NCBI GenBank assembly: GCA_965205335.1
Contig: OZ242164.1
Coordinates: 768,001 to 832,000, forward strand
Source: Candidatus Woesearchaeota archaeon
GTDB lineage: Archaea; Nanobdellota; Nanobdellia; Woesearchaeales; UBA583
Length of the DNA stretch: 64,000 nt
Direction of reading: 5' to 3'
The notes under the pieces were generated by a model, which was given only the letters and a program-made list of their open reading frames with translations, did no database searches and was not told where the DNA came from. Positions within the stretch are counted from its first letter, which is position 1. The number at the start of each line of letters is the position of its first letter. Position numbers and translations under genes: made by a program. This document shows positions 8,067 through 18,681 of this stretch, one piece after another.

Positions 8067-9959
8067 ATGAGTGAACAAGATTACAAAGCTGAAAACATAA
8101 AAGTTCTAAAAGGTCTTGAAGCAGTTAGAAAAAGACCAGGGATGTATATTGGTGGAACGGGGATTGATGGATTGCATCATCTTGTAAAAGAACTTGTGGA
8201 CAATGCAGTAGATGAAGCCATTGCAGGTTATTGCGATAAAATAAATATTACAATTCACAAAGACAACTCAGTTACAGTTGAAGATAACGGACGCGGAATT
8301 CCTGTAGATAGGCATTCAGAGGGAAAATCTGCAGCAGAAGTAGTTTTTACAGTTCTTCATGCAGGAGGTAAATTTGATGCAAATGCATACAAAGTATCAG
8401 GAGGGTTGCATGGTGTGGGCGCATCTGTTGTAAACGCTCTATCAACCAATTTAGATGTTGAAGTTTACCGTGATGGAAAAAAATATGAGATAAATTTTAT
8501 AAACCAAAAGGCAGTATCTGGGCTTAGAGAAACGGGTCCGACTTCAAAGCAGGGAACAAAAGTCACATTCAGACCAGATGAAAGCATATTTCAGACAATT
8601 GAATTTGATTTCAAAAGTATGAGAAAAAGATACAGAGAAGTTGCTTTTCTGACTCCTCAGGTTAAAATCATTTTTACAGATGAACGCTCAGACAGTGAGG
8701 ATGTCTTTCATTATGAAGGTGGATTAAAAGATTTCATTAAATATATGACTGAAAATTCAAGACAACTAACCCCTATAATTGGACTCAATGGAGAAAAAGA
8801 AGGAATTGAAGTTGATATTGCTTTAACATATACAGATTCATATAATGAAATTATTGAAGGATTTGTAAACGTCATTCCGACTCCAGGAGGTGGAACTCAT
8901 ATTAGTGGATTTAAATTAGGGATTACAAAAGCAATAAAAGATTACATAACAAATAATGGCAAGGTTGCTGATAAAAAAATTAATCTTAGCGGAGATGATA
9001 TTCGTGAAGGGATTGTTGCAATTATTTCAATAAGGATTTCAGAACCTCAGTTTGAAGGGCAGACAAAAGATAAACTTGGAAATCCAGAAGTTTTGCAAGT
9101 AGTCTCAAATATTTTCTTTGAAGAGTTCTACTCATATTTAGATGAGAACCCAAAAGCAGCACAGAGTATTGTTGACAAAGCAGTTCAGGCTCAAAAAGCC
9201 AGAGAGGCGGCAAGAAAGGCAAAAGATCTTGTTAGAAGAAAAAATGTTTTAGAGTTTTCATCTCTACCGGGAAAACTTGCAGACTGTTCATCAAAAGACC
9301 CTTCAAATTCTGAATTATTTATCGTGGAAGGAGATTCAGCGGGAGGTTCAGGCAAGCAGGGAAGAAATCGGGAAACTCAGGCAATTCTGCCTCTTCGGGG
9401 AAAAGTTCTAAACGTTGAAAAAGCCCGTCTGGTTAAGATTTTTGAAAACGAAGAAATTAAGATTCTTATTTCAGCTCTTGGAGTAGGTTTTGGAGAGAGT
9501 TTTGATGCAGAAAAATTACGTTATCATAAAGTTATAATTATGTGTGATGCAGATGTTGACGGTGCTCATATTGCAACTCTTCTTTTAACTCTTTTCTTTA
9601 GACACTTCAAGGAATTGATTTTAAGAGGATATATTTATCTGGCTCTGCCACCCTTATATAAAGTAAAAGTTGGCAAATCTTCTCAGTATTTATACAATGA
9701 CTTGGAATTAAATGAATTTCGAAACGCAAACCCTAATCAGAAAATTGAAATCCAGAGATACAAAGGTCTTGGTGAGATGAATGCAGAGCAGTTATGGGAG
9801 ACAACTCTTGACCCAGACACGCGATATCTAAAGAAAGTAACAATTGATAATGGAATTGAAGCTGATATAGTATTTAGCATGCTTATGGGCGATAAAGTTG
9901 AACCAAGAAAAAACTTCATACTAGAAAACGCCCAGTTTGCAACAGACCTTGATATCTAA
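8067..9959 (+). CDS. gyrB: Type IIA topoisomerase B subunit (DNA gyrase B-like)
   Basis: Motifs EAVRKRPGMYIG, DNGRGIP, SGGLHGVG, EGDSAGG, PLRGK, DADVDG and RYKGLGEM; C-terminus ends ...TDLDI. Confidence 0.93.
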   Translation: MSEQDYKAENIKVLKGLEAVRKRPGMYIGGTGIDGLHHLVKELVDNAVDEAIAGYCDKINITIHKDNSVTVEDNGRGIPVDRHSEGKSAAEVVFTVLHAGGKFDANAYKVSGGLHGVGASVVNALSTNLDVEVYRDGKKYEINFINQKAVSGLRETGPTSKQGTKVTFRPDESIFQTIEFDFKSMRKRYREVAFLTPQVKIIFTDERSDSEDVFHYEGGLKDFIKYMTENSRQLTPIIGLNGEKEGIEVDIALTYTDSYNEIIEGFVNVIPTPGGGTHISGFKLGITKAIKDYITNNGKVADKKINLSGDDIREGIVAIISIRISEPQFEGQTKDKLGNPEVLQVVSNIFFEEFYSYLDENPKAAQSIVDKAVQAQKAREAARKAKDLVRRKNVLEFSSLPGKLADCSSKDPSNSELFIVEGDSAGGSGKQGRNRETQAILPLRGKVLNVEKARLVKIFENEEIKILISALGVGFGESFDAEKLRYHKVIIMCDADVDGAHIATLLLTLFFRHFKELILRGYIYLALPPLYKVKVGKSSQYLYNDLELNEFRNANPNQKIEIQRYKGLGEMNAEQLWETTLDPDTRYLKKVTIDNGIEADIVFSMLMGDKVEPRKNFILENAQFATDLDI

Positions 9960-9975
9960 AATTAAAGAAGTTATA

Positions 9976-10512
9976 TTAATCCATAATAACCTTTGCATAA
10001 ATTGAACTCCTATGTACCAATCCAAACTTTAAAGCATCTATTGAATCATTTACTGCATCCCCTAAAAGAAGATAAGTATTCTCAGGAATAATAGGATAAT
10101 TCTGTGCAAACAATTCAAGCACCTTAGAATCTATATAATACATCTCTCCAACAGAATTAGTAAGAACATCACCATTAATAAATAATCTATTACCATCAAA
10201 CCCAAAACTATCGTTTGGAATGCCCTTTATCTGCTTAATTAGTAGATTCACATCTCCGCTAAAATTAAACAAAACAACATCTTCTCTCTTTAAATCCGTA
10301 TAATTCACATCAAAAAAAATCTCCGTCCCATCCTCAATTCTTGGACTCATTGAACTCCCATTAACAACAAACGAGGGATAATAAATTCCCATCTTCTCAA
10401 TAACTATCTCATCTCCCAAAATTGTCGCATCTCCGCCTGTAACAACATTTCCAACAGAATCAGAACAAGATACAAAAAGCACAAGTATAAAAATGAATAT
10501 AAACCACTTCAT
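9976..10512 (-). CDS. Signal peptidase I (S26) family protein
   Basis: GSSMSP (catalytic Ser), LIKQIKGIP (Lys) and a degenerate LLGD..DS.D..FG box. Confidence 0.75.
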   Translation of the reverse strand: MKWFIFIFILVLFVSCSDSVGNVVTGGDATILGDEIVIEKMGIYYPSFVVNGSSMSPRIEDGTEIFFDVNYTDLKREDVVLFNFSGDVNLLIKQIKGIPNDSFGFDGNRLFINGDVLTNSVGEMYYIDSKVLELFAQNYPIIPENTYLLLGDAVNDSIDALKFGLVHRSSIYAKVIMD

Positions 10513-10564
10513 AATAACAAATAACTTTATGAGTATTTAAAGTTTGTCAAAAAAAAACAAAAAA

Positions 10565-11578
10565 TCACTTAAATCTTGTATCATAAACCACTCTTGCAAT
10601 CTCAACTGCATTCAAAGCCGCCCCCCTTAAAATCTGGTCTCCACAAACAAAAAACTCAACACTATTTTTCCCAAACACAAGATTATGTCTTAACCTTCCA
10701 ACCTCAACATCATACTTCTTCGTTGCACTAACCGGCATTGGGTACCTGTTATTTTCAATATCATCAACCAACTCAAGCCCTTTAGTATTACGAATTAACT
10801 CTCTAAGTTCATTAATATCAACCTCTTTTTGCGTCTCAACTACAATGCTCTCACTATGAGCCCTAAGGGTTGGGATCCTAACACATGTACAAGAAATATC
10901 TAAACTACTATCCCCTAAAATCTTTCTTGTTTCCCATACAACCTTCATCTCCTCTCTCGTATATTCATTCTCCTCAAATCTATCAATGTGGGGAATAACA
11001 TTAAAAACAATTGGATGAACAAAAGCCTCATTTTTCACATCCTTACCCTGAAGAGCATTCTTTGTTTCCTCTTCAAGTTCACGCATCCCCAAAATACCTG
11101 CCCCGCTTGTTGCCTGATAAGTTGAAATAATCACTTTTTTCAAACCGTACTTATCACCAATTACTTTCAACGGAATTATCGCAATTGCTGTTGTACAATT
11201 AGGATTAGCTATTAAATTTGAATCACGAATAGAATCCGCATTAATCAGGGGGACAACTAATGGAACATCCTTATCATACCTAAAAGTTGATGAATTATCA
11301 ATTGCAACACATTTTGAATTATTTAACTTCTCAAGATTCTTCTTTGGCCATCCTCCTCCAATTGCCCAGAAAACAATATCAAACTCATTATAGTCTACAC
11401 TATTTGCATTCTCAATAGCAATCTCTCCTTTGTATGTACTCAAAACTTTCCCTTCTGATTTTTCTGATGCAAACAACCTTAGTTTTGAAACTGGAAATTC
11501 TGTCTTCTCCAAAACAGACAAAATCTCTCTGCCAACCATTCCAGTTGCACCAAAAATCCCAACTCTTACGCCAGACAC
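10565..11578 (-). CDS. asd: Aspartate-semialdehyde dehydrogenase
   Basis: Motifs GATGMVG, DNSSTFR, ANPNCTT, STYQATSGAG and DQILRGAALNAV. Confidence 0.96.
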   Translation of the reverse strand: MSGVRVGIFGATGMVGREILSVLEKTEFPVSKLRLFASEKSEGKVLSTYKGEIAIENANSVDYNEFDIVFWAIGGGWPKKNLEKLNNSKCVAIDNSSTFRYDKDVPLVVPLINADSIRDSNLIANPNCTTAIAIIPLKVIGDKYGLKKVIISTYQATSGAGILGMRELEEETKNALQGKDVKNEAFVHPIVFNVIPHIDRFEENEYTREEMKVVWETRKILGDSSLDISCTCVRIPTLRAHSESIVVETQKEVDINELRELIRNTKGLELVDDIENNRYPMPVSATKKYDVEVGRLRHNLVFGKNSVEFFVCGDQILRGAALNAVEIARVVYDTRFK

Positions 11579-11579
11579 T

Positions 11580-11786
11580 TTAAATACTTTCCCTACTCAT
11601 AACTTTAAGAACTTTTTCTTTATTAAAACTTTCCATCTCGCACATTGGAAGCCTGTAATCCTCTTCACATAATCCCTTTTGCGCTATCATAGTCTGAAGT
11701 TTCAACATTAACCCCATTCTCAAAATGGCAACTCTCTCAATATCCTTATTCATACGTCCATATCCAACAATTGGAATATTTACCAT
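11580..11786 (-). pseudogene. Fused remnant of the dapB 5' end and the dapA 3' end
   Basis: N-terminus MVNIPIVGYGRMNKDIERVA resembles a DapB Rossmann start; C-terminus GLCEEDYRLPMCEM..NKEKVLKVM resembles the DapA end. It sits between lysC and asd. Confidence 0.7.
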
Positions 11787-11883
11787 AAAAAGGCGAATAT
11801 ATTATAAATTATAAATTTTTCTTTAACCCAAATTCCTATGAAAACTAAGCCTTTTGTTTTTACTGTTGATAATTCAATAATCC

Positions 11884-13188
11884 CTAACAAACTAACTCCT
11901 TATGCAGAACTTCTATTGCTTTTTGAGTGTCTTTTTTTGAAATTACAATTCCAACGCTTATCTCATTTGTTGATTGAGAAACCATCTTAACATCAATCCC
12001 TGAATTGAAAAGAACTCTAAAAATATCTGCCAAATGATGTTCAACTGATTTCCTCTCCCTTCCTAAAATACAGATGATAGAATTACCCTTGGAAACTCTT
12101 ACCTCAGAGAAATTCCTTAATTCCGATACAATACTATCAAGATGAGCAGTATCGCCAATAGTTATTGAAACATTAATCTCAGAAGTTGAAATCATATCAA
12201 CTGATACCTCGTACTTCTTGAAAACATCAAATATCTTTGAAACAAAACCATAAACCTCAATCATTCTAACCGACTTAGCTGAAACTACAGTAATATTTTC
12301 CTTTGATGAAATCGCTATGAAATTTCTTCCCTGCTTTTCACGAATAATTATTGTTCCGCTATTTCTTGGCTCAAATGTATTCAAGATTCTTACAGGAATA
12401 TTTTTCTTAACAGCAGGAATAATCGTTTTAGGGTGAAGAACCTCTGCCCCGAAATATGCAAACTCAGATGCTTCCTCGAAACTTATAATTGGAATTCTTT
12501 TGCCATTCTTAACTATTCGCGGGTCTGCGGTTAAAATTCCACAAACATCAGTCCAGATTTGAATCTCTTCCACATCTAATGCGCATCCAATAAGGGATGC
12601 AACATAATCCGAGCCCCCTCTTGAAAATGTTGTAAAATTACCTTCTTCATCCTTCCCTCCAAAACCTGTAATAATTGGTATATGCTTAAAATCAGAAATA
12701 ACATTTCTCATAACATTATATGAAGTTTCAAGAATTTTGGCATTTCCAAAATTAGAATCAGTAATTAAACCAATATCTCCTGAAATATGTGCTTCTGAAC
12801 TAATCTCTTTCTTAGTAAGAAGTTCTGCGAGAATCCTTGTGCTCATTCTCTCACCAAAAAAACAAACATGATCATAAACCTTAATGTCAGTTTGAGAATT
12901 ACTTTTTAGAAATCTCTTCAACTCAGTTAACTCTTTTTCAAGCAAATTAGAATTAAGATTCAAATCAGATAAAATTCCAAGATGAATTGAAACTATTTTA
13001 TTATATGAATCATAACACAAGTTTGTTGATTCCTCAACACATTTTATGAGTAAATCAGTAATCTTTGAAACCGCAGACAAAACAACAATGGGATTCTTAT
13101 CTTTATTTTGAGAAACAATTTCGCAGACTCTGTTAAACATATTTGCATCTTTAACAGATGATCCACCAAACTTCATAATTATTGACAT
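11884..13188 (-). CDS. lysC: Aspartate kinase
   Basis: KFGGSSV, SRGGSD, WTDV.G..TADPR and GAEVLHP motifs, plus C-terminal ACT domains. Confidence 0.95.
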   Translation of the reverse strand: MSIIMKFGGSSVKDANMFNRVCEIVSQNKDKNPIVVLSAVSKITDLLIKCVEESTNLCYDSYNKIVSIHLGILSDLNLNSNLLEKELTELKRFLKSNSQTDIKVYDHVCFFGERMSTRILAELLTKKEISSEAHISGDIGLITDSNFGNAKILETSYNVMRNVISDFKHIPIITGFGGKDEEGNFTTFSRGGSDYVASLIGCALDVEEIQIWTDVCGILTADPRIVKNGKRIPIISFEEASEFAYFGAEVLHPKTIIPAVKKNIPVRILNTFEPRNSGTIIIREKQGRNFIAISSKENITVVSAKSVRMIEVYGFVSKIFDVFKKYEVSVDMISTSEINVSITIGDTAHLDSIVSELRNFSEVRVSKGNSIICILGRERKSVEHHLADIFRVLFNSGIDVKMVSQSTNEISVGIVISKKDTQKAIEVLHKELVC

Positions 13189-13327
13189 ACCATTTTGTAA
13201 TGTGATGTATTTAAAAAATTATCTTTGAGCAATAATCATTTTACACAGGTAACTTTTAGCAATGATTTAAATCTTAACTCTTTGACAATAATAAAGTTTT
13301 ATAAAATATTTTTGGGGAAAATCATCA

Positions 13328-15946
13328 ATGAATTATTATAAACAGGATATTAAATCTATTCTCAAACAGTTAGATTCCCAAACTAATGGACTTAACTGGG
13401 CAGAGGGGAATTTAAGAATTGAAAAGTACGGATACAATGAACTTCAAATAGAAAATAAAATAAATGTACTAAAACTATTTTTTTCCCAATTCAAATCATT
13501 TATAATATATATATTGCTATTTGCTGTTGTTTTGTCATTTGCGGTGCAAGAATACATTGATGCAGTAGTAATCTTAATCATTCTAATAACAAATGCTTTT
13601 GTTGGATTCTTTCAGGAACTTTCAGCACAGAAATCACTTAATGCATTAAGAAAGCTGAACACAGTACAAGCTAAAGTATACAGAAGCGAAAAATTAGTTG
13701 AAGTAGATTCTAAATTTTTAGTTGTAGGAGACATAATCTATCTTGAAGCAGGAGACAGAGTTCCAGCAGATTGCAGAATAATAGATTATGCAAGATTAAA
13801 GGTTGAAGAATCTGCCTTAACAGGAGAGAGCCTTTCTGTGTATAAAACCTCTGATATGATTAAAGAAGATGTTCAGATAGGGGATCAGAAAAATATGCTC
13901 TTTTCATCAACAACTATTCTTGAGGGCAGTGCAAAGGCGGTAGTTGTTGGAACTGGAATGAACACAGAGATTGGAAAGATTACAGAAATGATTAATGAGA
14001 ACGAAGAAAAACCAACCCCTCTTCAGAGAAGATTAGATTCTTTTGGGAAAAAATTAGGGTATGCTGTAATTGCAATTTGTTTAATCATCCTTGTAACTTT
14101 TGGAGTTAAAGAATACATAATAAATGGCTTTTCTCTTGTATTACTTCTTGATGTCTTTCTAATTGTAGTAGCGTTAGCAGTTGCGGCTGTCCCAGAGGGA
14201 CTTCCTGCAGTTGTAACCATCACCCTCTCAATCGGAGTTAAAAAATTATTGAAGAGAAATACTTTAGTTAGAAAGCTTTCATCAGTTGAAACTCTTGGTT
14301 CTTGTAACGTTATATGCAGTGATAAGACGGGAACTCTTACAACTAACCAGATGACTGTTGAAAAAATATGGACTTTGGATAACTATGCCCAAGTTGATGG
14401 GGTGGGATATTCCCCCATTGGAACAATCTCAAAAAAAATAAACCCACTTCTATTAGAAATTGGAATTAACTGTAACAATGCATCGCACTATAAAAAAGAT
14501 AATATGTGGCAGATCTCAGGAGATCCTACAGAAGCCTCTCTTTTAGTATGTGCCAAAAAAGGAGACATTCAAACACACTATAAAAGATATGATGAACTGC
14601 CATTTGATTCTTCAAGAAAAAGAATGAGTGTTCTTATAAAAAAGGAAAAAGAATTCTATACTTATACTAAAGGAGCTCCTGACCATATTCTTGAGATATG
14701 TACCCATGCCATTAAAAACAATAAAAAAATAAAATTAACACCTCATATAAAAAAGAAAATACACAAACAAATTGATGAATATTCTAGTGAAGCATTAAGG
14801 GTGCTTGCTTTTGCATATAGAAAATCTAAAAATAAAAGAGATTTCAAAGAAAAAGATTTAATCTTTGTAGGACTTTGCGCAATGATGGACCCTCCAAGAG
14901 AAGATGTAATTGAGAGTATAAAAAGAACAAAAGAAGCAGGGATTAGAGTTATAATGATTACAGGAGATTATAAAGAAACTGCAAGAGCTGTTGGAAAAGA
15001 AATTGGGATTGAAGGGAATTTATTAACAGGGCAAGAACTTTCAAATATGTCAGATGATGAACTAAATAAAGCCCTAAGGAATAATACAAATATATTTGCA
15101 AGAGTGATTCCTGAGCATAAGCAAAGAATTGTTGCACAATTGCAAAAACAGGGACACACTGTTGCTATGACAGGAGATGGAATTAATGATGCACCAGCAC
15201 TTGACAAAGCAGATATAGGTATTGCTGTTGGCTCTGGTACTGATGTTACAAAAGAGGCAGCAGATTTAGTTCTTCTTGATGATTCTTTCACAAATATTGT
15301 AAATGCGATAGAAGAAGGAAGAGGGATTTATGACAATATACAAAAATCAATAATGCATCTTCTCTCAGGTAATCTTTCAGAGATTCTAATAATATTTATT
15401 GCAGTTCTTTTAGGCTGGAATCTACCGCTTACGGCAATAATGTTATTATGGATTAATTTAATAACAGATGGTTCTCCCGCTTTAGCTCTTGCAGTAGACC
15501 CATATTCACAAAATATTATGAGAAGAAAACCTAAGCCAAATAATGAAGGGATTCTTCCAAAAGATAAATTATCTCTAATTGCATATCTGGGCACAGTTAG
15601 CTCAATAATAGGGCTTATATTATTTAATTATTATGATGGGTTTGGAAATTTAAACTTATCTCAAACTATGATATTTAGTTTTATTGTCCTCTCAGAACTC
15701 GTTCTTGTTATAATAATTCGGCAACAATATGAAATTAGGCAGTTTACAAATAAATGGATATGGTTTGCATTATTTGGTTCAATACTACTGCAGGCAATAA
15801 TTATATATACTCCATTAAGTAATATTTTTGGACTTGCAGCCATTGGATTAATGGAGATATTTATGCTACTTATTTGCGTGCTTGTACTCTACTCATCATA
15901 TATAATATATAAAATATTGAACTCAAAACATGCAAACTTGCAGTGA
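13328..15946 (+). CDS. Cation-transporting P-type ATPase (type II, Ca2+-ATPase-like)
   Basis: TGES, VPEGLP, DKTGTLT, KGAP, MITGD and TGDGINDAPAL motifs. Confidence 0.95.
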   Translation: MNYYKQDIKSILKQLDSQTNGLNWAEGNLRIEKYGYNELQIENKINVLKLFFSQFKSFIIYILLFAVVLSFAVQEYIDAVVILIILITNAFVGFFQELSAQKSLNALRKLNTVQAKVYRSEKLVEVDSKFLVVGDIIYLEAGDRVPADCRIIDYARLKVEESALTGESLSVYKTSDMIKEDVQIGDQKNMLFSSTTILEGSAKAVVVGTGMNTEIGKITEMINENEEKPTPLQRRLDSFGKKLGYAVIAICLIILVTFGVKEYIINGFSLVLLLDVFLIVVALAVAAVPEGLPAVVTITLSIGVKKLLKRNTLVRKLSSVETLGSCNVICSDKTGTLTTNQMTVEKIWTLDNYAQVDGVGYSPIGTISKKINPLLLEIGINCNNASHYKKDNMWQISGDPTEASLLVCAKKGDIQTHYKRYDELPFDSSRKRMSVLIKKEKEFYTYTKGAPDHILEICTHAIKNNKKIKLTPHIKKKIHKQIDEYSSEALRVLAFAYRKSKNKRDFKEKDLIFVGLCAMMDPPREDVIESIKRTKEAGIRVIMITGDYKETARAVGKEIGIEGNLLTGQELSNMSDDELNKALRNNTNIFARVIPEHKQRIVAQLQKQGHTVAMTGDGINDAPALDKADIGIAVGSGTDVTKEAADLVLLDDSFTNIVNAIEEGRGIYDNIQKSIMHLLSGNLSEILIIFIAVLLGWNLPLTAIMLLWINLITDGSPALALAVDPYSQNIMRRKPKPNNEGILPKDKLSLIAYLGTVSSIIGLILFNYYDGFGNLNLSQTMIFSFIVLSELVLVIIIRQQYEIRQFTNKWIWFALFGSILLQAIIIYTPLSNIFGLAAIGLMEIFMLLICVLVLYSSYIIYKILNSKHANLQ

Positions 15947-16002
15947 TTTTTAGATTAAACTATTTATTTTTTAAATTTATTGGTATAAAATTCCAAAAAT
16001 TT

Positions 16003-16308
16003 TTATAATTTAGAAGAAAATATCCATTTTAATCTTATTTTTACTACTTTTTCACTTTCTTTAAATCCACTTAAGTCTTTCCCTATCATAATTGGTCCTT
16101 CAACGGCTATGTATAGGGATTCTTTTATTTGCTTATCGAGAAAAAATCCTTCTGGTAAATTTGATTCAAGAAATTTATCCACTAATCTTCCAAATCTATA
16201 ATTTTTATAGGATATGAAGTCTCCATCTTTATGAGAATATTCCATTAGATTCTCTATTGGAAATCTACTTCTTCCTGAAGAAACTTGTGTTTGTGATAAT
16301 TGACTCAT
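16003..16308 (-). CDS. Hypothetical protein (101 aa)
   Basis: ORF with an ATG start; no motif recognised. Confidence 0.45.
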   Translation of the reverse strand: MSQLSQTQVSSGRSRFPIENLMEYSHKDGDFISYKNYRFGRLVDKFLESNLPEGFFLDKQIKESLYIAVEGPIMIGKDLSGFKESEKVVKIRLKWIFSSKL

Positions 16309-16577
16309 AATGCATAAAGTTTTACTTTGAAAAATATAATGATTATTTCCAAAAAATGAAACACTTAAGACAAATTAATCATAATACTATGACAATATTT
16401 CATTTTTTTATTCCAATTTTTCCTTTTATTAAAAAACCTTTATAATTATGTGTCTTTATTCCCCAATTATTATAATAATAGTAGAAAAAATCTTAATTTT
16501 AGCATAAATTAAATATATATGTGTTATTTTTAATCAATTTGTGAAGAAAAATTAATAATTATAAAAAATTAATAATT

Positions 16578-17726
16578 TTATCTGGAAACAACAAAAGACT
16601 TAACTTTCTCTAATAATTTTTTTGCTTTTTTGTCATTTTCAAAATGCTTTCTGGTTGGTTCAAGCAACTCATTAATGTATTTTGCGGCACAATCTTTAAT
16701 ATCAATAGATTTAACACTTCCGTCTGAGAAATCCTTTTCTAATTCCTCATATGACTTATATTCTAAATTTCCTCCGTACTTCTCAGGTCTCTCCACTAAG
16801 ATTTTATCATACTTCTCAAAAATAATATACTTAAAATACTCTAAAACTGGATTATCCTCTATGACTTTGTCAATACAATGAGCTTTTCCGAATTTTCTTA
16901 AAACATCTTCTCTTGAATCTGTCATAAATATTGCAGTATCTGGCTTGGATTTGCTCATTTTCATTGCAATCTTTCTATCAATTACTTCCAATTTCTTCTC
17001 AATAGCAGCAAGCGTATACGCATCAGGTATTGCTAATTTATCAATATCTTTAGATTCAAACTTCAAAAGCCCAAGCAACATATGATGATGAAGTGCAATT
17101 GGTTTTCTAAAACCTAACTTAGGAAAAACATCACGTGCAAACATATTAACCTTTCTCTGATCAAGCCCTAACTGAGCAATATCTACTTTTAGATGATATA
17201 TATCTGCCGCCTGCATTAAAGGATATACAATTTGTGCAGAAGGATTTCTAATATTTTCTGCTCGTCCCATAATCTGCCCGCATTTTAAAACCCTTGAAAT
17301 AGTTGCATTCATAGAAAGTTTCAGAACAGTTTCCCAATAACTAGGATTTTCTTCATAAAATTTCTTAGCCCAGATAAATTCAACATTCTCCAAATCCATT
17401 CCGCATGACTTCCAGACTTCAATTGCATACTCTCCTGCTATCTGGATTTTCTCTAAATTTCCCTCATACTTATTATTAAGCATTGCAAAATAATCTGCAA
17501 CAAAAAATTTAAATTTAATTCCGCAGGATGTCAATTTATTAACATTAATCGCCCTTAAAAGACCCTGCGCGATATGAATCTGCCCAGAAGGTTCAAACCC
17601 ATCATAAGCAATTGGATTCTTTTTTTTCTTCAAAAGTTCTACAAGTTCCTCTTCATTAATTAACTCTTCTGCAACCTGCTTTATAATTCCAACTTTTTTC
17701 CCAATTATTTTAGACATACCATTCAC
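16578..17726 (-). CDS. tyrS: Tyrosyl-tRNA synthetase (archaeal/eukaryotic type)
   Basis: YDGFEPSGQIHIAQG, YPLMQAAD, QLGLDQRK and KMSKS motifs. Confidence 0.95.
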   Translation of the reverse strand: MNGMSKIIGKKVGIIKQVAEELINEEELVELLKKKKNPIAYDGFEPSGQIHIAQGLLRAINVNKLTSCGIKFKFFVADYFAMLNNKYEGNLEKIQIAGEYAIEVWKSCGMDLENVEFIWAKKFYEENPSYWETVLKLSMNATISRVLKCGQIMGRAENIRNPSAQIVYPLMQAADIYHLKVDIAQLGLDQRKVNMFARDVFPKLGFRKPIALHHHMLLGLLKFESKDIDKLAIPDAYTLAAIEKKLEVIDRKIAMKMSKSKPDTAIFMTDSREDVLRKFGKAHCIDKVIEDNPVLEYFKYIIFEKYDKILVERPEKYGGNLEYKSYEELEKDFSDGSVKSIDIKDCAAKYINELLEPTRKHFENDKKAKKLLEKVKSFVVSR

Positions 17727-17760
17727 ACTTCCTAAAAGTTTATAAAAATATTCCTTCTAC

Positions 17761-17888
17761 GGCTCTGTTCGAAAATTGTTTTTTCCAAAATTTATGCTAA
17801 CTATATTCAATCAAAGAAAAAAAATATTTGTCAAAAATTGCTTTATTTATATAACATTTTAAGTTCTCTTGAATTTTCGGACAGAGCC
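17761..17888. mobile_element. 128-bp MITE related to the IS5-family element at 51885-52914
   Basis: Ends GGCTCTGTTCGAAAATT / AATTTTCGGACAGAGCC; 8-bp target duplication CCTTCTAC at 17753-17760 and 17889-17896. Confidence 0.93.
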
Positions 17889-17966
17889 CCTTCTACATTA
17901 ATTATTAAAAAGTAGTTAAAATACAAAAATTTATAAATCTTAAAATTTCATAACATATTAAATAAG

Positions 17967-18680
17967 ATGAATGAAGAAAAACTTAAAATAGCTTTTGCAA
18001 GAGTTAAGAGAGATCACCAAGAGTTGGCAAACAACCTTATCCATGTTAACTCTAAAATAAATGACTTATCACGTATGGCTATATTAAGCGATGAAATAAA
18101 AGAAAAAATAAGAAAATTAGATACGATTAATTTAGAAAAATTTATACTTAATCTTGAAAATGAATTTAAATCTATAAATAATTTAACAAAGGATTTCAAT
18201 GACAGATTCTTAGAAGCATCAGGATTTATTAAGAGTTTTTCAACAGAACTTGAAAAATATAATTTTGAATTAGTTGATTTAAAAAAAGAAATGAACAAAA
18301 CCCGAAACAAAGAAGCAAACAGCAGACTTGACATAAAAGTCCTAAACGATAGATTCATTGAATTACAAGAGTTGCTTTCAGAAAAGGTAGAAATTGAAAC
18401 TAAATCTCTTAGAATGGAATTCACAGAAGAACTTGCAAAAGTATATGATGCAATTCATGAAAAAATCAAGAAAAGAAAATCCAAATCTCCTTCCAAAAAG
18501 AAACCAGAACTACAAAACAACACTACAAAAAACATGGATGCAGAAAGAATTCCCGAAAAACCAGAAACAAAAAACCCTAAAAAAGGAGATGGAAAAATAA
18601 AAAAAGCAGTTAAATGGTTATTTATAGATGATGAGAATGAGGAAATGTCTTCAATAAAGCAGGAAGTAAAAAGATTCTAA
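17967..18680 (+). CDS. Coiled-coil hypothetical protein; N-terminus similar to 27179-27751
   Basis: MNEEKLKIAFARVKRDH start, heptad-rich body and Lys-rich tail; TTTATAAA at 17930-17937. Confidence 0.75.
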   Translation: MNEEKLKIAFARVKRDHQELANNLIHVNSKINDLSRMAILSDEIKEKIRKLDTINLEKFILNLENEFKSINNLTKDFNDRFLEASGFIKSFSTELEKYNFELVDLKKEMNKTRNKEANSRLDIKVLNDRFIELQELLSEKVEIETKSLRMEFTEELAKVYDAIHEKIKKRKSKSPSKKKPELQNNTTKNMDAERIPEKPETKNPKKGDGKIKKAVKWLFIDDENEEMSSIKQEVKRF

Positions 18681-18681
18681 G

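Noticed and set aside
16309-16577. Very AT-rich intergenic tract as a replication origin
   Set aside because: No ORB-like repeats and no adjacent cdc6/orc1; AT richness alone is uninformative in this genome.
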